Shown: in pieces, positions 23,565 to 25,119 of the stretch
Position numbering within the stretch: the stretch's first letter is position 1
How the letters are laid out: each line of letters starts with the position of its first letter
From: a virus
Taxonomy: Duplodnaviria > Caudoviricetes
Direction: 5' to 3' (one strand)
Length of the DNA: 25,119 nucleotides
Virus record (IMG/VR): IMGVR_UViG_3300028586_000432
Span: 1-25,119 of that record
The notes under the pieces: model-generated
Told to the model about the DNA's origin: nothing
The model's database searches: none
The model's input: only the letters and a program-made list of their open reading frames with translations
Translations under genes and position numbers: made by a program

Positions 23565-24059
23565 TTAGGGGTGAACCAGTCGAACCCGGCCGGCCGTGTC
23601 GAGGCGAACGGAAGGACCTAGCGTATAGACCAGCGGCCCGTTCCAGCTCAAGTACCACCGCACCCGCAGGCGGCGGTGTACTACTTGGCTTTGGCCGGTC
23701 GTGTCGTCGCCTGCGTCGTCTAGGCTCACGGCCCGGCCTTCCATGCACTGAAAGCCATCTGGTAGGGGCAGGGCGACGTAATCAAGGCGCTCTAGTATCT
23801 GGTCGGCAATGACATCCGCCACCGTGCTGTCCACGTTGCGCGTGGGGAACTTGGTGACTACATCAAGGAGTACTTCACACAGCCACTGGCGACACGAAGC
23901 GCGGCCGGTGACACTGAGAACTTGCGGCTTGGTTAGCAGCACGTAGTAGGCCGGGGGCTGCTGGTTGGCGTAGTCGTAGACTGGCACGGCCACGCCCTGG
24001 TACACCAGCCCGGAAAGGGCGGCAAATACAGCGGGGGAGAGGCGTAGCAGGGGGTTCAT
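23565..24059 (-). CDS. Tail terminator/completion protein (DUF3168-like)
   Basis: AVFAALSG...VPVYD...PAYYVLL...VLLDVVT...DVIADQILERL; located before the tube genes. Confidence 0.75.
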   Translation of the reverse strand: MNPLLRLSPAVFAALSGLVYQGVAVPVYDYANQQPPAYYVLLTKPQVLSVTGRASCRQWLCEVLLDVVTKFPTRNVDSTVADVIADQILERLDYVALPLPDGFQCMEGRAVSLDDAGDDTTGQSQVVHRRLRVRWYLSWNGPLVYTLGPSVRLDTAGRVRLVHP

Positions 24060-24226
24060 TTAGTGGCGCGGTAGGCGTAGGTGCGCGTGTCAGGCACAAA
24101 AAGGGAGGCCTTGAGCTTGGGGGCAACGGGGCTTTTGACGGCCTTGCCCGAGCGGCGACCGAAGTAGAAGCCAATGCTGTAGGAGAGCAGGCAAGCCAAG
24201 TAGGGCACGAGGGTAGCGTAAAACAT
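24056..24226 (-). CDS. Small membrane protein (56 aa)
   Basis: Not in the ORF track. MFYATLVPYLACLLSYSIGFYFGRRSGK...; starts 2 nt after the previous stop and ends in an ATGA overlap with 24059. Confidence 0.65.
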   Translation of the reverse strand: MFYATLVPYLACLLSYSIGFYFGRRSGKAVKSPVAPKLKASLFVPDTRTYAYRATK

Positions 24227-24228
24227 AG

Positions 24229-24438
24229 CTAGTTGGCTTGGTAGTAAGGGTCAGCAGACTGCACCAGGTTTGCGCAGTGGCACAAAGGGCAGTCCACACC
24301 ATACTTGCCCGTGAGAAAGCTGCGAGGGTGGTCAAGTGGCTTCAGGTCCGCTGCCTCGACCTCCAGTTCAGACTTGCATCCGCCACATATCAATGCCAGT
24401 GGCAAGACAAAGCCTCGGTTGTCCTTGATGACTTTCAT
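24229..24438 (-). CDS. Small Zn-ribbon protein (69 aa)
   Basis: CGGC...CPLC pairs; starts 2 nt after the gp10 stop. Confidence 0.7.
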   Translation of the reverse strand: MKVIKDNRGFVLPLALICGGCKSELEVEAADLKPLDHPRSFLTGKYGVDCPLCHCANLVQSADPYYQAN

Positions 24439-24440
24439 CG

Positions 24441-24797
24441 TTATTTGACGGATAACCCCGCCTTTTTAAGGTTGGCAAGGAAGGCGCCTCGATTCTTTTC
24501 AAAAGCTGGCCCGAGGAACGGCTTGGCTTTCTGGTTACGGGTGCCTAGCTCAATAAAAGGTGCGTAGGTCACGTTCGTAGACACCGTAGCACTCAACCCG
24601 TTCGAGGCAATGACTGCGTGAATGGAGGAGCGTAGCCGACCCGTATCGACCGGGGCGAACTGCTTAGCATCCGATTCGACCAACAGGGCCGTGGTCGCCA
24701 CCGCTTCCCGCACGGCGGCGCGGGTGCTGGGCACGACTAGCTTGAGCTTGTTGAGCAAGCTGGGCATGCCTTTGATGCTGATACTAGTTGTCGCCAC
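24441..24797 (-). CDS. HK97 gp10-like neck/tail component
   Basis: AKQFAPVDTGRLRSSI...YAPFIELGT...AKPFLGPAFE. Confidence 0.92.
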   Translation of the reverse strand: MATTSISIKGMPSLLNKLKLVVPSTRAAVREAVATTALLVESDAKQFAPVDTGRLRSSIHAVIASNGLSATVSTNVTYAPFIELGTRNQKAKPFLGPAFEKNRGAFLANLKKAGLSVK

Positions 24798-25116
24798 TGG
24801 TCAAGCAGGTAAGCAGGAGAAACTCGTGGTATTCGTCGGGTGTCACCCCTTGCACGTTCAGCAGCTTGCCTTTCCACCGCACCCGTTGCGTGGGCTCGAT
24901 GACGGGCAGGTTGCGAATCGTGATTTCGTAGGCTTCCGTGTGCAGCTCTTGGCCCAGGGCGAGCTTTTCCCCCGTCCGCAACGGCCGCACGCGTGCCCAG
25001 AGGCTGCGCTCAGTCGTGGTGCTTGGCAAGTACCCTCCCCGGCCATTGGAAGGCCCTGGGGCGTCGGTGAGCAACGTGATGCGCTCTTTTAGCTGGCCAG
25101 CTGGTAGCTTTCCCAT
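24784..25116 (-). CDS. Head closure / head-tail joining protein (SPP1 gp16-like); start uncertain at window edge
   Basis: AGQLKERITL...LWARVRPL...YEITIR...QRVRWKGKLLNVQGV. Confidence 0.88.
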   Translation of the reverse strand: MGKLPAGQLKERITLLTDAPGPSNGRGGYLPSTTTERSLWARVRPLRTGEKLALGQELHTEAYEITIRNLPVIEPTQRVRWKGKLLNVQGVTPDEYHEFLLLTCLTSGDN

Positions 25117-25119
25117 CAG

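Larger units (their letters stand above)
1..25119. mobile_element. Temperate siphovirus-like phage/prophage region (both ends outside the window)
   Basis: Integrase, lysis cassette, tail fibres, tape measure, tail tube, chaperones and neck genes in canonical siphovirus order; no host housekeeping genes seen. Confidence 0.95.

Noticed and set aside
5019-25092. Numerous + strand and alternate-frame ORFs over the late genes
   Set aside because: Shadow ORFs expected in GC-rich coding DNA; they fully overlap well-supported genes. Only 18338..18802 is retained.

Overview
The window is part of a temperate siphovirus-like phage or prophage. The host is probably a high-GC Bacteroidota such as Hymenobacter, inferred from TAnnTTTG/TAnnTTCG promoter boxes, SprB-like repeats and an Arm-DNA-bind_5-type integrase. 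From left to right it holds a partial HNH endonuclease gene, an XRE/HigA-type HTH gene, a tyrosine integrase, an att-like repeat cluster, a ~520-nt non-coding hairpin-dense unit, and small accessory genes including a second HNH. A long minus-strand late region follows, read right to left: head closure, HK97 gp10-like, tail terminator, two tail tube + chaperone pairs, a -1 frameshift chaperone, tape measure, an antisense moron, a large hub/Tal-like protein, several fibre proteins, a degenerate GH29-like protein and a multi-gene lysis cassette with a GH73 endolysin. The most notable observations are (1) a candidate large structured ncRNA at ~2034-2588 with its own promoter-like box and terminator, (2) a perfect 22-bp repeat exactly 48 nt upstream of two tail-gene ATGs, (3) a duplicated tail tube/chaperone cassette and (4) a GH29-fold protein lacking the fucose-binding histidines. 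All family assignments come from motif recognition by eye, not database searches.
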